In this document: positions 21,007 to 31,419 of the stretch, one piece after another
Layout of the letters: each line of letters opens with the position of its first letter
Numbering within the stretch: the stretch's first letter is position 1
Assembly: GCA_965261545.1 (NCBI GenBank)
Contig: CBDHDF010000006.1
Span: forward strand, 192,001 to 256,000
Reading direction: 5' to 3'
Source: Bdellovibrionales bacterium
Lineage (GTDB): Bacteria > Bdellovibrionota > Bdellovibrionia > Bdellovibrionales > UBA1609
DNA: 64,000 nucleotides
The notes under the pieces: model-generated
Told to the model about the DNA's origin: nothing
What the model saw: only the letters and a program-made list of their open reading frames with translations
Databases searched by the model: none
Translations under genes and position numbers: made by a program

Positions 21007-23166
21007 TTATTCTTTTTTCATTAGCTGCATATCGATAAATCCAAGTCCAAGTACTCTTGAATCATTACTGATTCCTATAGATGTTGGAGAGAGTGGGTTT
21101 TTAATTTCAAATCTAATTTTTATTTTTTTGTGATTTCCTTCATGAATCTGAAAAATAAATTCTTTGGGATTTTGTTCCTGATATTCGATAGTGATTTTAT
21201 CTACAAATTTATTATTTATATAGACATTAGATGATTGAATTTTATTTTTATGATTAACGAATGCAGATAGATTAAATTTAATAGCCTTTGCATTACAATT
21301 TTTTTTTGGACTGATATTTATTATGGTATAATCATGGTTACTCCATCTTCCCCAATGTTCTATGTGAGAAAGATTTTTGAAATAATAATATTTCTTATGA
21401 TTGTATTTAGAAAAAGATATTTTTTGATTACAAGGAACAGTGTTGTATGTAATTTGATTCCACGATGATGAATTATTTAGAGGCCCATTAATTTTATACG
21501 ATATTATTGGTAGTACTTTTCCTTGACTCAAAACAGTGTATCTTGGATTCAAGTAATCGTAATAATGAAAGAGACGTTCGCGATTCTTTGGTCTAATTTT
21601 TGCAAGAAGATTAATTCCTTTATAGTCATTTGTCAAGTTGAGTGCATCTGCAATTGTCTTAGGAATATCCGAAAGTTGAGCGTGGTAAGGGTCAATAGTG
21701 AGATTGCCTGATTTCCTAAAGGGTTTGATTAATAGTGTTGATGCTGCACGGGAATATGGAGGTGTTATTTTTTCTTTATTCTTCATGTTTTTTGGTGTGT
21801 GAAATGATCCGTGGTCAGAAGAGATAATAATCATTGTGTTGTCATAAGCGCCGCTTTCTTTGATATTGTTTATAGTTTTAAGAATTTGTTTTATGGCGCA
21901 AAGCCCCTCCATAGATTTATTTTTTAAGGAGTAGAAAGATTCGCCTTTTTCCACTAATTTATTTCTAGTATTACAATTTTCATCTAGAATAGTAGGGCTA
22001 TGTGTGAGAATAGAGTGATGAAACTTTAGAGTTGGTTTATAATCTTTTATAATAAAAAATTTCTCTGTAGCTAAGTATTTTAATGATTTGAGTGGTCCAC
22101 TTTTATCTCTTCCTGCTGAAAGAGTTTGGTGTTTCATATTATATTTTATAAACCATTTTTCATTGTTGTATATTTCTGGTTTCATTGCATCTGGAACAGA
22201 TCGAAAGATTGAATAATTTAAGAGTTTAAAATATGAAGAAATATTTTTTTCGTTAATATTCTGAAGCATTACAAAGTTATTTTTTGGAAAAAGATTTTGT
22301 GCCATTGAAGATGGTGGTTCCGTGTAAGTAACTTCAAAACCTTCTTCGTCAAGTCGAATTGCTATGCTGTTGTCTCCACTTTTTTTATAAAATTCTTTAA
22401 GTTTTATTTCATTCTTGTAAATATTACTTGAAAATATTGCTGGCATCGATGCTACAGTGGTAGGAAAATTAGAGGATGCGTCGGAAAACCATATAAAGCC
22501 ATCTAATTTTTCTTTGATATTTTCATTGAGAATATACTCAAAGAGATCTGTTTGATATTCATCTAAAATAATAAAAAGTATGTTTGGATTTTTATTTGAG
22601 TATATGAAAAGTTTTTTTAGATCTGATATCTCTGCTTTGTTTTCATTATAATTATTTTTGTAGGATGATATATTAAAAACACTCACTGAAATACTAATTA
22701 AAAGGATAGATAGCAATAAGGTCAATTGTTTTTTATTTTTTTTGAATAGATTTATCCCTGCATACATCATTAGAAAAATAGTTATTTGAAAAAAATTAAG
22801 TAAGCCAAATCGATTGATTTCAATGGCGCCTCGACCATCAAATATTCCATAAGTTCCTACTAAAATAGTTGAATTGATCCAGATTGAGATCGAAGATGCA
22901 AAGAGTATAAAAATGAATTGTTGAATAATAAATTTTCTAAATAATAAAAAAATGAACAATAGAGCTATGTTAAGAATGAAAATAAAATAAAGCATATATT
23001 TTATAGAAATTTTTAGGATGGACCATGCTGATATACCAAAGAATTCTTCTGGATTGTTCGCCATAATATCAAATGGTGTTGCAATAAATAAAACCCATGT
23101 CGATAATAAGAAACATAAATTCGCTAATAAAATTTTATTAATAATATCTGTCTTTTCTTTAAACAT
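21007..23166 (-). CDS. Membrane-anchored sulfatase/LTA-synthase-fold phosphotransferase
   Basis: About 5 N-terminal TMs; NILFIILDE, FPTT, THSP, IISSDHG; visibly AT-rich. Confidence 0.75.
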   Translation of the reverse strand: MFKEKTDIINKILLANLCFLLSTWVLFIATPFDIMANNPEEFFGISAWSILKISIKYMLYFIFILNIALLFIFLLFRKFIIQQFIFILFASSISIWINSTILVGTYGIFDGRGAIEINRFGLLNFFQITIFLMMYAGINLFKKNKKQLTLLLSILLISISVSVFNISSYKNNYNENKAEISDLKKLFIYSNKNPNILFIILDEYQTDLFEYILNENIKEKLDGFIWFSDASSNFPTTVASMPAIFSSNIYKNEIKLKEFYKKSGDNSIAIRLDEEGFEVTYTEPPSSMAQNLFPKNNFVMLQNINEKNISSYFKLLNYSIFRSVPDAMKPEIYNNEKWFIKYNMKHQTLSAGRDKSGPLKSLKYLATEKFFIIKDYKPTLKFHHSILTHSPTILDENCNTRNKLVEKGESFYSLKNKSMEGLCAIKQILKTINNIKESGAYDNTMIIISSDHGSFHTPKNMKNKEKITPPYSRAASTLLIKPFRKSGNLTIDPYHAQLSDIPKTIADALNLTNDYKGINLLAKIRPKNRERLFHYYDYLNPRYTVLSQGKVLPIISYKINGPLNNSSSWNQITYNTVPCNQKISFSKYNHKKYYYFKNLSHIEHWGRWSNHDYTIINISPKKNCNAKAIKFNLSAFVNHKNKIQSSNVYINNKFVDKITIEYQEQNPKEFIFQIHEGNHKKIKIRFEIKNPLSPTSIGISNDSRVLGLGFIDMQLMKKE

Positions 23167-23239
23167 TTTTTTAATCCTCGCTCATAGAATTGGTTGTTTC
23201 TCATTTTTTATTGGTTATTTTTATCGGATGTATTAAAAG

Positions 23240-24394
23240 TTATGGAAAAGACGATTCTTTATATATATTATTTATAAAATTTTCTACAAATTGTCGATCT
23301 GAGTCTCCTAAATTAAAAACATATTGAGATGTAACTTCTTTATTCAAATTTATTTTTATGGAATCACAGCGTTCAATGCAATCTGATATTGGATTTTTTC
23401 TATTCCAAACCACACCTATTTTATTTCGAATGGAAACTTCAAGGGGAACAAGATCAATGGACAAATAATCGGGATTGTTCGCTTTCTTTGGTATATCACA
23501 AAATATGATTGGCTTTTGTAAACCAAAGGCATATTCAAGAGCCGCGCCAGACCAATCACTTATCATAATGTCTGAATAATGAAAACTATCATTGTTGGAA
23601 ACATTGTCTTCATAAGAGAAAAGTGAGTGCTCTTCATATAGTGCAATGATTTTGTCCACATTGGAGGCGGCATGTTTTATAGTTTGTGGATGGGGCCTTA
23701 ATGTTACATAATAGCTTTGTTTAAGCAAATCTTCAATTAGCTGCTTGGCAAGGCCAGATTCAATAAGGCCATTTGGGCCCCATGAGGGTGCTATAAGAAT
23801 ATGTTTTGTGTTTGATATGTTCTTTTTTGTTCCATATTTTTCTTGATCTTGTTGGGTAATGGTATCCAATCGTGAATATCCGTGTTCAAAGATATTTTTT
23901 GCCGGCAACTCATATTTTACCTCCATGGCTCGAATTTCTTTTACATGATGTGGTCCTGAGCAACAAATCGTATCGAAATGGTCGAAGGCGCCTTTGCGGT
24001 ACGCCATATGTAAGCTCACTAATGAATGCTGCACATAAATATAATGAACAGGGTAGTGGGAGCGCTTGACCTGATATTGATGTAAATCTGGTGTTGTCAT
24101 AATCATAAAATCAGTATCAATATTTTGAAATATCCAGTTGAGTATAAAGCCAGTGCCAACGTAAAATTTGTGATAGTTTGCGTTTTCAAGCATAAGTCCT
24201 GGGTCATCGGGGGATGAGCTGATATAACAAATTGGAGATACATTTGTCGCAAGCAGTGTACGTACTAAACCTTCAAGGTGTGGCCAATACTTGACTCCCT
24301 CACTATAAAAGGTGATGCGGCGCTTCTTTTTTGGGAGACTCATGAAGTTTATCACAGAGAAAATTCCTCTTATTGTGTTCAAAAATCTAAGCAT
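23240..24394 (-). CDS. CDP-glycerol glycerophosphotransferase (TagF)-family protein
   Basis: HGYSRLD, ILIAPSWG, RPHPQ, MISDWSGAALEYAF. Confidence 0.85.
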   Translation of the reverse strand: MLRFLNTIRGIFSVINFMSLPKKKRRITFYSEGVKYWPHLEGLVRTLLATNVSPICYISSSPDDPGLMLENANYHKFYVGTGFILNWIFQNIDTDFMIMTTPDLHQYQVKRSHYPVHYIYVQHSLVSLHMAYRKGAFDHFDTICCSGPHHVKEIRAMEVKYELPAKNIFEHGYSRLDTITQQDQEKYGTKKNISNTKHILIAPSWGPNGLIESGLAKQLIEDLLKQSYYVTLRPHPQTIKHAASNVDKIIALYEEHSLFSYEDNVSNNDSFHYSDIMISDWSGAALEYAFGLQKPIIFCDIPKKANNPDYLSIDLVPLEVSIRNKIGVVWNRKNPISDCIERCDSIKINLNKEVTSQYVFNLGDSDRQFVENFINNIYKESSFP

Positions 24395-25190
24395 ATGGAT
24401 TCCATATTTTTTTAAGTTGTTGCTGTTGTTCCAATTTTTCGTAAAGTGTAAGATCTTCGATGGTATCGACCTCTAGCCAGCCATGGGTCACGGGCACCCC
24501 TTTAATTTTCCATCCGGCGTCGATGAGAAGTTGAAGAAAGCTCGTTAAATAAATTTTGTGGAAAGGGGTACCATCATAATACTTATTGCGATCAAGTTGA
24601 TCGTAAAAATAGATGAAATCATCAATTTTGTGTGCAGCTACTTTCAATAATCCGGTATATTGTCCGTCAATTTCATCATAGGTTTTAGGCTTCTTTCCAA
24701 GCTTTCTGATGAAGCCATTTTCATCGATCTTCAAGGTTTCGGCATCATTAAGTGGGTTTTCATTTCGTAGGCTCCATAAATCATACCATCCATAATCAAT
24801 CATAACAGAAAGATCAGCGTCATCTTTTATAACAGCTTCAAGATTTTTTCTTTCATACACAATATCACCGTAGGAAATGAGCAGATCATCAGATGAACCT
24901 TTCATAAAGGTACGCGCGAGGAACAAGCTTTCCACCATATTAGTGCTATCATAAAGATCATTTTTGAAGATTGTAAATTCAAATTTTTCTATTTTTCCAA
25001 GTTTTTCAATCTTCTCAGACAGGTAACCCGTTACAATGGCGATGGCATCAATTTCAGATCTTTGCAAAAGATCAATTTGATGGTGAAGCAACGGCTTGCC
25101 CAAGAGTGGGACGAGGCACTTTGGCCTGTCATCGGTCATGGGGCGCAAGCGTGTTCCACAGCCAGCAGCAAGAATAATACATCTTGTCAT
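24387..25190 (-). CDS. Phosphocholine/phosphoglutamine cytidylyltransferase (LicC/Cj1416-like)
   Basis: LAAGCGTRL..T..PKCL, TNMVESL, YGDIVY, GQYTGL, WLEVDT. Confidence 0.85.
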   Translation of the reverse strand: MTRCIILAAGCGTRLRPMTDDRPKCLVPLLGKPLLHHQIDLLQRSEIDAIAIVTGYLSEKIEKLGKIEKFEFTIFKNDLYDSTNMVESLFLARTFMKGSSDDLLISYGDIVYERKNLEAVIKDDADLSVMIDYGWYDLWSLRNENPLNDAETLKIDENGFIRKLGKKPKTYDEIDGQYTGLLKVAAHKIDDFIYFYDQLDRNKYYDGTPFHKIYLTSFLQLLIDAGWKIKGVPVTHGWLEVDTIEDLTLYEKLEQQQQLKKIWNPYA

Positions 25191-25191
25191 T

Positions 25192-25860
25192 TTAAAATAT
25201 CCTTTTTAATAAATCTAAATCACTTTGAATGAAAGGGGTTTCCCGTTCTGGATGCCACATAATGGCTGTCACCTTTTCTTCTTTATGGGTAAAAGCTTCG
25301 ATGCGGTCATCCTTATCGCAGGCGAGGGCTTCTAAGGGCGTTGCGAGCATATCGGGTGGGATCCCATAATTGTGGTAGCTATTCACTATTTCAGGGAGGT
25401 TAAAGGCCAACTTATGGTCACGGTGAATGATTGAATGTCGATCCGAACTGGCGTGACCCTTAATTTTTACTATGTCACCACCATAAAAAAGATTAATCAA
25501 TTGCATTCCTCGACAAACTCCTAAAACGGGAATTTTTGCTTTTATTGCATATCTGAGCAACTGATGTTCATAGCTATCTCTTTTAGGAAAAAAATCTGAA
25601 AGAAGATCATCTTGGTTATTACCTTGCAATGTCTTTGCTGTAATGGAATTGCCGCCACTTAAGATCAAGCCATCTAAAGAAAGATTGGATAGTTGTGTTT
25701 TGACAAATCTGGGTTCGATATTGGGAAGTGGAAGGGGCTGTAAATCCAAGTGAAGCAATAGATCAGACCATCTTTGGTCAAGACAATCCAGAACTTCTTC
25801 ATATCGAGGGTGCTTTATAACTTTTTGAGTGATGCCGATACATTTTTTAAACATTCGCAA
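25192..25860 (-). CDS. Class I glutamine-amidotransferase-like hydrolase (gamma-glutamyl-CDP-amidate hydrolase, Cj1417-like)
   Basis: LDQRW, LSGGN, GVCRGMQ, VNSYH, MWHPER. Confidence 0.8.
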   Translation of the reverse strand: MRMFKKCIGITQKVIKHPRYEEVLDCLDQRWSDLLLHLDLQPLPLPNIEPRFVKTQLSNLSLDGLILSGGNSITAKTLQGNNQDDLLSDFFPKRDSYEHQLLRYAIKAKIPVLGVCRGMQLINLFYGGDIVKIKGHASSDRHSIIHRDHKLAFNLPEIVNSYHNYGIPPDMLATPLEALACDKDDRIEAFTHKEEKVTAIMWHPERETPFIQSDLDLLKRIF

Positions 25861-28825
25861 TCCTATGATTTAGGCAGTCGAGTAAAATCGTACCTTGTTT
25901 GATATTTTCATAAATCTTATCACCTGTACCGATGGCCGCAGGCAAAGATATCTCTGCGCATCGAATGGCCATATGAGAGTTAGCACCACCATATTTTGTG
26001 ATAAGGCCGGCAATTTCATACCTGAACAGCCAATCAAAACCGGGGTCTGCATTTGGAATTAATACAATTTTATTGTTCAATTTATTTTTGTCACTCTTTT
26101 CGATTGTAATGGCTTCGGCGATGACACATTCATGGGTGATAAAATTGGGAATAGAGTGTATTTGCTCAAAGCCATAGAAGTCAGATTCTGATTTGATGAA
26201 AGAGGGTAATTTTACAAGTTGCTTATTTCTATCTTCTTTCATACGCCTGTGAACAAGTTTTTTGACAGCAGCCTTGTCTGTATGACCTGTTCTAAGATCA
26301 GCAATATCTGCCCATTTCATATACCCTACTTCCTTGCGTGATAATCCAAGATCTTGGTGACCATAGGCAATCAAAGTATCCAATGATAAACTTAGATTGC
26401 GTGTAAATATGAATTTACTTTTTTCCCTCGCTTGTATGGCCGAGCGTAGATAGTTAATAAATTCACTTGTTGTGATCGGGCTTTCCAATTCATCCAGTAT
26501 TTTTTGTATGGAAGATAGTTCTTCTTTGTGAAATCGAAACACTTTGACAGTATTTTTAGAATTTTTTTTTAAGGTTGCTCGTTGTCCAAAATAGAATTTT
26601 GTGTTTTCCCAATATGCCTTTTGGTTCACATCATAGGTCCCAGGACGTAAGTGACCGTATTTTTTAATCAGATATTTGAGTGACATTTTTTTATTATTCA
26701 TATCATTTTCAAAATCACTGGTAATAGTGTTAAAACTAGACTGAAATTGAAGCATACGCTCTTTGGAGATTATATTTTCTTCAACAAGGCTTTTTAAGAA
26801 AGTGATAGCAATAAAGCCAGAGCGAGCTGCATGGGCAAAGCTCAATGTTCCATAGTTCTTGCAATCTTCAATCAGAGTGTAGGCTTTTTCCAGTAATGGC
26901 AGTTTTTTTTCTCTTAGGTTATTAAAACGTTCTTCAAGTTTTGTAAGATTTTTTATATCTTGGTCCAGTCGTTGCAATGCATGAGCCGTTAGCACTTTTA
27001 GTGAGGTTTCGAGCAAGGTGATATCTTGCTCTGTTACATTTTGGCCCGCAAAGCGTTTGGTCGCATGGTACTTAAAATTGGGAATCCAAATTGTGAACGC
27101 CACTTCAAATTCAATTTTGTCGTGTAAATGTGGATTCTTCTTTAAGATATTCAAGTAGGCATTTATAATTCGTGTGGCACTGTCATTGGGTAAATCAGAA
27201 GGAGTGAGTGAATTGAGGCTTGCTCTGCAATCAATATAGGGCTGAGCACAAAAGCCATAAACAAGTGGAAAGGGGCGGAGATCTCTATATCCAAACTCGG
27301 CGCGCTGCGTTCCCCATATTTCATCTGTAATGATGTGGCGGTATAGGCTGAGTGCGAGTGGGTTGGGACGTGCTCCAATAATCTCGGCGGGATTCCAATC
27401 TGCCATATTGGAAAATAGCGTATAATCTCCAATAATTTTTAGACTTGATGGCTGCCATTTTCGAAAGTTATCACAGGAGGCATCAAGATAATCTGTTAAT
27501 GTTTTATCATCAACATTATAGCGGTCATGTTCAACAATGATGGGGCGCACTTGAAATGTATGAACATGCCCGAACTGATCAACAGCAAATTCTATATCTA
27601 GTTTGTTGAAGCCCAATAAGAGTTGCAGCTCTTTTGCGGCTCTGACGACCGTGGCTAGTCGTGCATCTATGTGAGAGATCATTTCTTTGTGGGAGTGGCT
27701 GATAATAATTGTTCGCAGATCATTTTGACGACCAGAAGTCACCATTTCTGTGGAACCCGACTTATCGTCATAGTTTATAATGTAGTATGGCATTCCAGTG
27801 TACAGATCGCAGGTAAAAATAACTCCAGAAATAATTGTATTTTGAATAAAGGGCTGGATGAGAACCTGGCTGTTATCAGTAAGTAAATTATAAGAAGCAA
27901 ACACCTTGTCAATGGCTTTTTCGAGGGAGTCATGATCGCGACCATCAATGTTCAAAATACTCTCAAAAGCACCAGCATTTGAGATTTGCCAACCATCCTC
28001 CTGTGCAGAGCTACTTCGCACAATCAAAGCTCGGTCTCCAAATTTTTCTTTTATTGCTGCGAAAGATTTTAACTTCGCATTTTGCCAATGGAGCCAGCTA
28101 CAGACCACCTGATCAGAGATAATGCTATGCTTGATGTGTGGTCGAATTCGATTCAGTGTTTCCGCTTTTGTACCGAGAACAAAATGAATCAAGTCATTTG
28201 GCTCATTCATTTCGGCCCAGTCGCCACAAACATCAAAATATGTTATACCAAAGCCTTCATCTTTGAGAAGCTCAATCAGTTCAAGAAAGCTTGAGCCAAG
28301 CCCATTGACTCCTTTCGAATGGATGAAACTTATCGCCTCACTGGTGAACTTGATAAGGCCGGTGTATTCCACATGGCCATGGGAATTGGTGATGAAGGTT
28401 TCGGCTCGGTCCATATCGGTTTGTGGTCGCTTTGCGAAGCGATGTTGCCATTGGCTATCAATGGCGATGACGACATCTGAACTGATTTTTAAAAATTGTT
28501 CTATTGTCTTTTGGTGAAAGACCGTATCGGCATACATGGCAATGACAGGCTCTGATGGCTTCCAAGAAGCTTGCATAAAAGAATGCAAAGCACTTTCAGT
28601 TTCCCAGTTGAGTGCTAAGGAAAAATTGACATTTGGGTACTTTTGAACAATTTCATCGTATTGATAACCAACAATAACGGAGATATGACTCTCCGGACAG
28701 GATTGGTGTAATGTATTGATTTGCCACTCCAATAGGCTTTGTCCATTGGCTGTTGGCCAAACACTGCATGGGACCCTTCCGTCATGACGCATCCCGGCAG
28801 CTAGTATTAAAAATTGCATAACCAT
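25847..28825 (-). CDS. PEP-utilising-fold L-glutamine kinase (Cj1418-like) with N-terminal nucleotidyltransferase-like domain
   Basis: GTKAETL, VRSSS..ED..SNAGAFES, MADWNPAEIIG, YGHLRPGTYD, ADPGFDW, GGANSHMAIRCAE; N-terminal ILAAG. Confidence 0.85.
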   Translation of the reverse strand: MVMQFLILAAGMRHDGRVPCSVWPTANGQSLLEWQINTLHQSCPESHISVIVGYQYDEIVQKYPNVNFSLALNWETESALHSFMQASWKPSEPVIAMYADTVFHQKTIEQFLKISSDVVIAIDSQWQHRFAKRPQTDMDRAETFITNSHGHVEYTGLIKFTSEAISFIHSKGVNGLGSSFLELIELLKDEGFGITYFDVCGDWAEMNEPNDLIHFVLGTKAETLNRIRPHIKHSIISDQVVCSWLHWQNAKLKSFAAIKEKFGDRALIVRSSSAQEDGWQISNAGAFESILNIDGRDHDSLEKAIDKVFASYNLLTDNSQVLIQPFIQNTIISGVIFTCDLYTGMPYYIINYDDKSGSTEMVTSGRQNDLRTIIISHSHKEMISHIDARLATVVRAAKELQLLLGFNKLDIEFAVDQFGHVHTFQVRPIIVEHDRYNVDDKTLTDYLDASCDNFRKWQPSSLKIIGDYTLFSNMADWNPAEIIGARPNPLALSLYRHIITDEIWGTQRAEFGYRDLRPFPLVYGFCAQPYIDCRASLNSLTPSDLPNDSATRIINAYLNILKKNPHLHDKIEFEVAFTIWIPNFKYHATKRFAGQNVTEQDITLLETSLKVLTAHALQRLDQDIKNLTKLEERFNNLREKKLPLLEKAYTLIEDCKNYGTLSFAHAARSGFIAITFLKSLVEENIISKERMLQFQSSFNTITSDFENDMNNKKMSLKYLIKKYGHLRPGTYDVNQKAYWENTKFYFGQRATLKKNSKNTVKVFRFHKEELSSIQKILDELESPITTSEFINYLRSAIQAREKSKFIFTRNLSLSLDTLIAYGHQDLGLSRKEVGYMKWADIADLRTGHTDKAAVKKLVHRRMKEDRNKQLVKLPSFIKSESDFYGFEQIHSIPNFITHECVIAEAITIEKSDKNKLNNKIVLIPNADPGFDWLFRYEIAGLITKYGGANSHMAIRCAEISLPAAIGTGDKIYENIKQGTILLDCLNHRIANV

Positions 28826-28854
28826 ATACCTGAGATTGAAAAAGCTATTTTTGG

Positions 28855-29112
28855 CTAGGAACTATTACCTTGCATTTTTGTGTCTTCAGAGGGGCTCTTT
28901 TTTTGGGGTTTCTTTTTAGAAAATCCAAAGATGGAGGTGATTTTGTACCAAAATGTCTTTATGGTGATACCGATGGCCACAAGTAAACCGATAATAACAC
29001 TCATCAGCGCACTTCCAGAACCAGGGTCAATATAAGCATGTGCATTTGAACTGAAAGAAAAAACTAATGTTGCAATAAGAATGACTAAGGTCGGAGATGT
29101 AGCTTGTTTCAT
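28855..29112 (-). CDS. Small membrane protein with AYIDPGSGS motif
   Basis: Signal-like N-terminus, AHA|YIDPGSGS, one TM, basic tail. Confidence 0.7.
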   Translation of the reverse strand: MKQATSPTLVILIATLVFSFSSNAHAYIDPGSGSALMSVIIGLLVAIGITIKTFWYKITSIFGFSKKKPQKKSPSEDTKMQGNSS

Positions 29113-29234
29113 GCAGTGGATTCCTCTCAATTATTGTGATGTTCGTTCTGTAGCGGACTTCATACTTGGAAGTCAACTCCAATATTATCTCAGTCTCTAT
29201 GCTGATGAGTGTCTAATTTGTCAGATTTGGAGGA

Positions 29235-30383
29235 GTGATGCTCCCTCGAGTTCCTTTTTTACAGCTATTTTTTCTTCTTCTAGGTGTACTGATGGGTTTG
29301 CTTCCTCTTAGTGTTTGGGCAGAAATAAGTGACATTGAATTGACCTTAGATCAGGTTAACGTTTATGCAAATGAACAGGTGAGAGATCGCTTTCCTTATT
29401 CGGGGCTTGCCCAATTTTATAATGGTATTAGCCTTTTTGTTGTTACTACCGAAGGTGTTCGAGAACTTGATTCAGAGGTCCTAATACTTGAAGAAAACCA
29501 GTGGCTGGCCATTGTCGGACACTACAAGGTCCTAGTATTTCAGAAACCTGAATTAAGCGTGATGCTGGATGGTGAGCAAATTCAGGCGAGTCTAGCTAAG
29601 CAACCTTTAGATGAGGTTTTAATTAATGCACATTTGATATTAAAGTCTGAGCTTAAAGTCCTAGACCCTACACTTGATCAACTAAGATATGCGTACTTGT
29701 GGACGCCGTTGAGAGTACTTTGTCTTGGTATTGACAAGCTTTTGTTGTGGCTCAACTCTCTTCACCCCTTCGGTTGGGGAATAACTATTGTGCTGCTTTC
29801 CATTTTGTTTAAAATATTCATTTTACCGGGCAATATATTATTGATGAATGCTCAGCGAAAAATATCGTATATCCAGGCAAGACTCGCACCTGATCTAGAT
29901 ATGATCAAAGCTAACTATTCTAGCGAGGAAGCCCATGAAATGTTTATGGCAGCTCATAAGCGATATGGCGTGACCCCTTTTTTTACACTCAAGTCTTTGC
30001 CACTGACCTTGCTTTCTGTTCCATTTTCAATTGCTATTTTTAATGTACTTGGTGAGATAGACCAAATTGAGGGACATTCGTTTTTGTGGATCAATGATCT
30101 TGTGCGGCCAGATTCAATTTACGACCTTGGGTTTCAAGTGTCATTTCTTGGTAGTTCTCTCAATTTCCTGCCTATTTTAATGACACTACTTACAATCTTT
30201 GCTGCGATTTTACATCAGAACAAGATTGTCAGTGTAAAAGAAAATCAAAAACAAAAAAAACACTTATACCTGATGGCACTTGGTTTGTTTGTTCTGTTTT
30301 ATCCATTCCCTGCCGCAATGGTATTGTACTGGACTTGCACTAATCTTTGGCAGTTAATACAGCATAGGATTATAAAAATATGA
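29235..30383 (+). CDS. yidC: YidC/Oxa1-family membrane insertase paralogue
   Basis: WGITIVLLS, SFLWINDLVRPD, NFLPILMT, FPAAMVLYWTCTNL. Confidence 0.75.
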   Translation: MMLPRVPFLQLFFLLLGVLMGLLPLSVWAEISDIELTLDQVNVYANEQVRDRFPYSGLAQFYNGISLFVVTTEGVRELDSEVLILEENQWLAIVGHYKVLVFQKPELSVMLDGEQIQASLAKQPLDEVLINAHLILKSELKVLDPTLDQLRYAYLWTPLRVLCLGIDKLLLWLNSLHPFGWGITIVLLSILFKIFILPGNILLMNAQRKISYIQARLAPDLDMIKANYSSEEAHEMFMAAHKRYGVTPFFTLKSLPLTLLSVPFSIAIFNVLGEIDQIEGHSFLWINDLVRPDSIYDLGFQVSFLGSSLNFLPILMTLLTIFAAILHQNKIVSVKENQKQKKHLYLMALGLFVLFYPFPAAMVLYWTCTNLWQLIQHRIIKI

Positions 30384-30517
30384 TTCTTTCTCACGATCTT
30401 GATAGCTTGTTACGAAATTATGCCTTTGGAGGTGTAAATAAATAACTTTTATTTTTTTTACTTGTCTTTACTAGGAAAGTTGACATCATACAGCAAAGTT
30501 ATTTTTTTACACCTCCT

Positions 30518-31174
30518 TTATGCTGGGTGATGATGTGGCGAATGATAGCGAGACGTCGACATAGGCTGATCTCGATTCATTCTTATAATAAAATCAATCT
30601 CACTTATAGGTAAACTAACTTCTTTTAAAATTTTGTCTTTTGGAAGTCCCTGATAAGCCATTTTAGCAGCCTTCATGTACTTACTTTTATTTTGCCTGTC
30701 GATGATTTGATCATGGGGAATTTGATCTTGAAAAACTTCTGCAACTCCAAGATTTGATTTTTCTTGCATTTTTAAAGAAGGAGGTTTCGAGTTTAGATTT
30801 GATGAAGTCGAAAAATCTTTCTCTTGTAAATAAGTGCTTGAAGTGAGTGGAGAAGTACTTTGCGCACCTTGTGTGTTTTGAACACTCTGAGTGCTTTGCG
30901 CATTTTTTAAGTAAGCACTCCATTTGTCAGATTTACCTATGACACCTTGAAGTTCTTTCACTTTTTGATCAACAAGAGACATAGACTCTTGAACCTGGGC
31001 TTCAGTTCGATCAGAAAGGTCTTCAAGTATGGCAATTTGGCTCTTTAAGTTGTCAAGCCCTGCGCTGATATGGGGGTTCTTCTTTTGTAAGCCCCTTGTC
31101 TTTGACCACAAAATATATCCACCTAGCATGAAAGCTAAATTGAAAAAAAGTTGAATAATAAACCAATGTGGCAC
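30518..31174 (-). CDS. Hypothetical membrane-anchored coiled-coil protein (DUF2802-like C-terminus)
   Basis: N-terminal TM, coiled coil, YMKAAKMAYQG..LPISEIDFI. Confidence 0.55.
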   Translation of the reverse strand: MPHWFIIQLFFNLAFMLGGYILWSKTRGLQKKNPHISAGLDNLKSQIAILEDLSDRTEAQVQESMSLVDQKVKELQGVIGKSDKWSAYLKNAQSTQSVQNTQGAQSTSPLTSSTYLQEKDFSTSSNLNSKPPSLKMQEKSNLGVAEVFQDQIPHDQIIDRQNKSKYMKAAKMAYQGLPKDKILKEVSLPISEIDFIIRMNRDQPMSTSRYHSPHHHPA

Positions 31175-31419
31175 AAAAAACCTCCGTGAGCCTCACTTAT
31201 TTCATGACTCCATTTTATACCTTTGGCCCTTGCATCACAATGAAAACTTCGCTTTCACGACAACGACTTCACTAAGGACCTATCACTCCGTATTGGGTCA
31301 TAAGTAAAATCTCTTGAAATCCGTCTCCCTTAATGGTAGCCTTGTCTTTGAGTACCTTGTCAATGGCTGTGAAAACATACATTGACTTTACTCCAAAGCA
31401 AGATGCATGATTTTTACTT

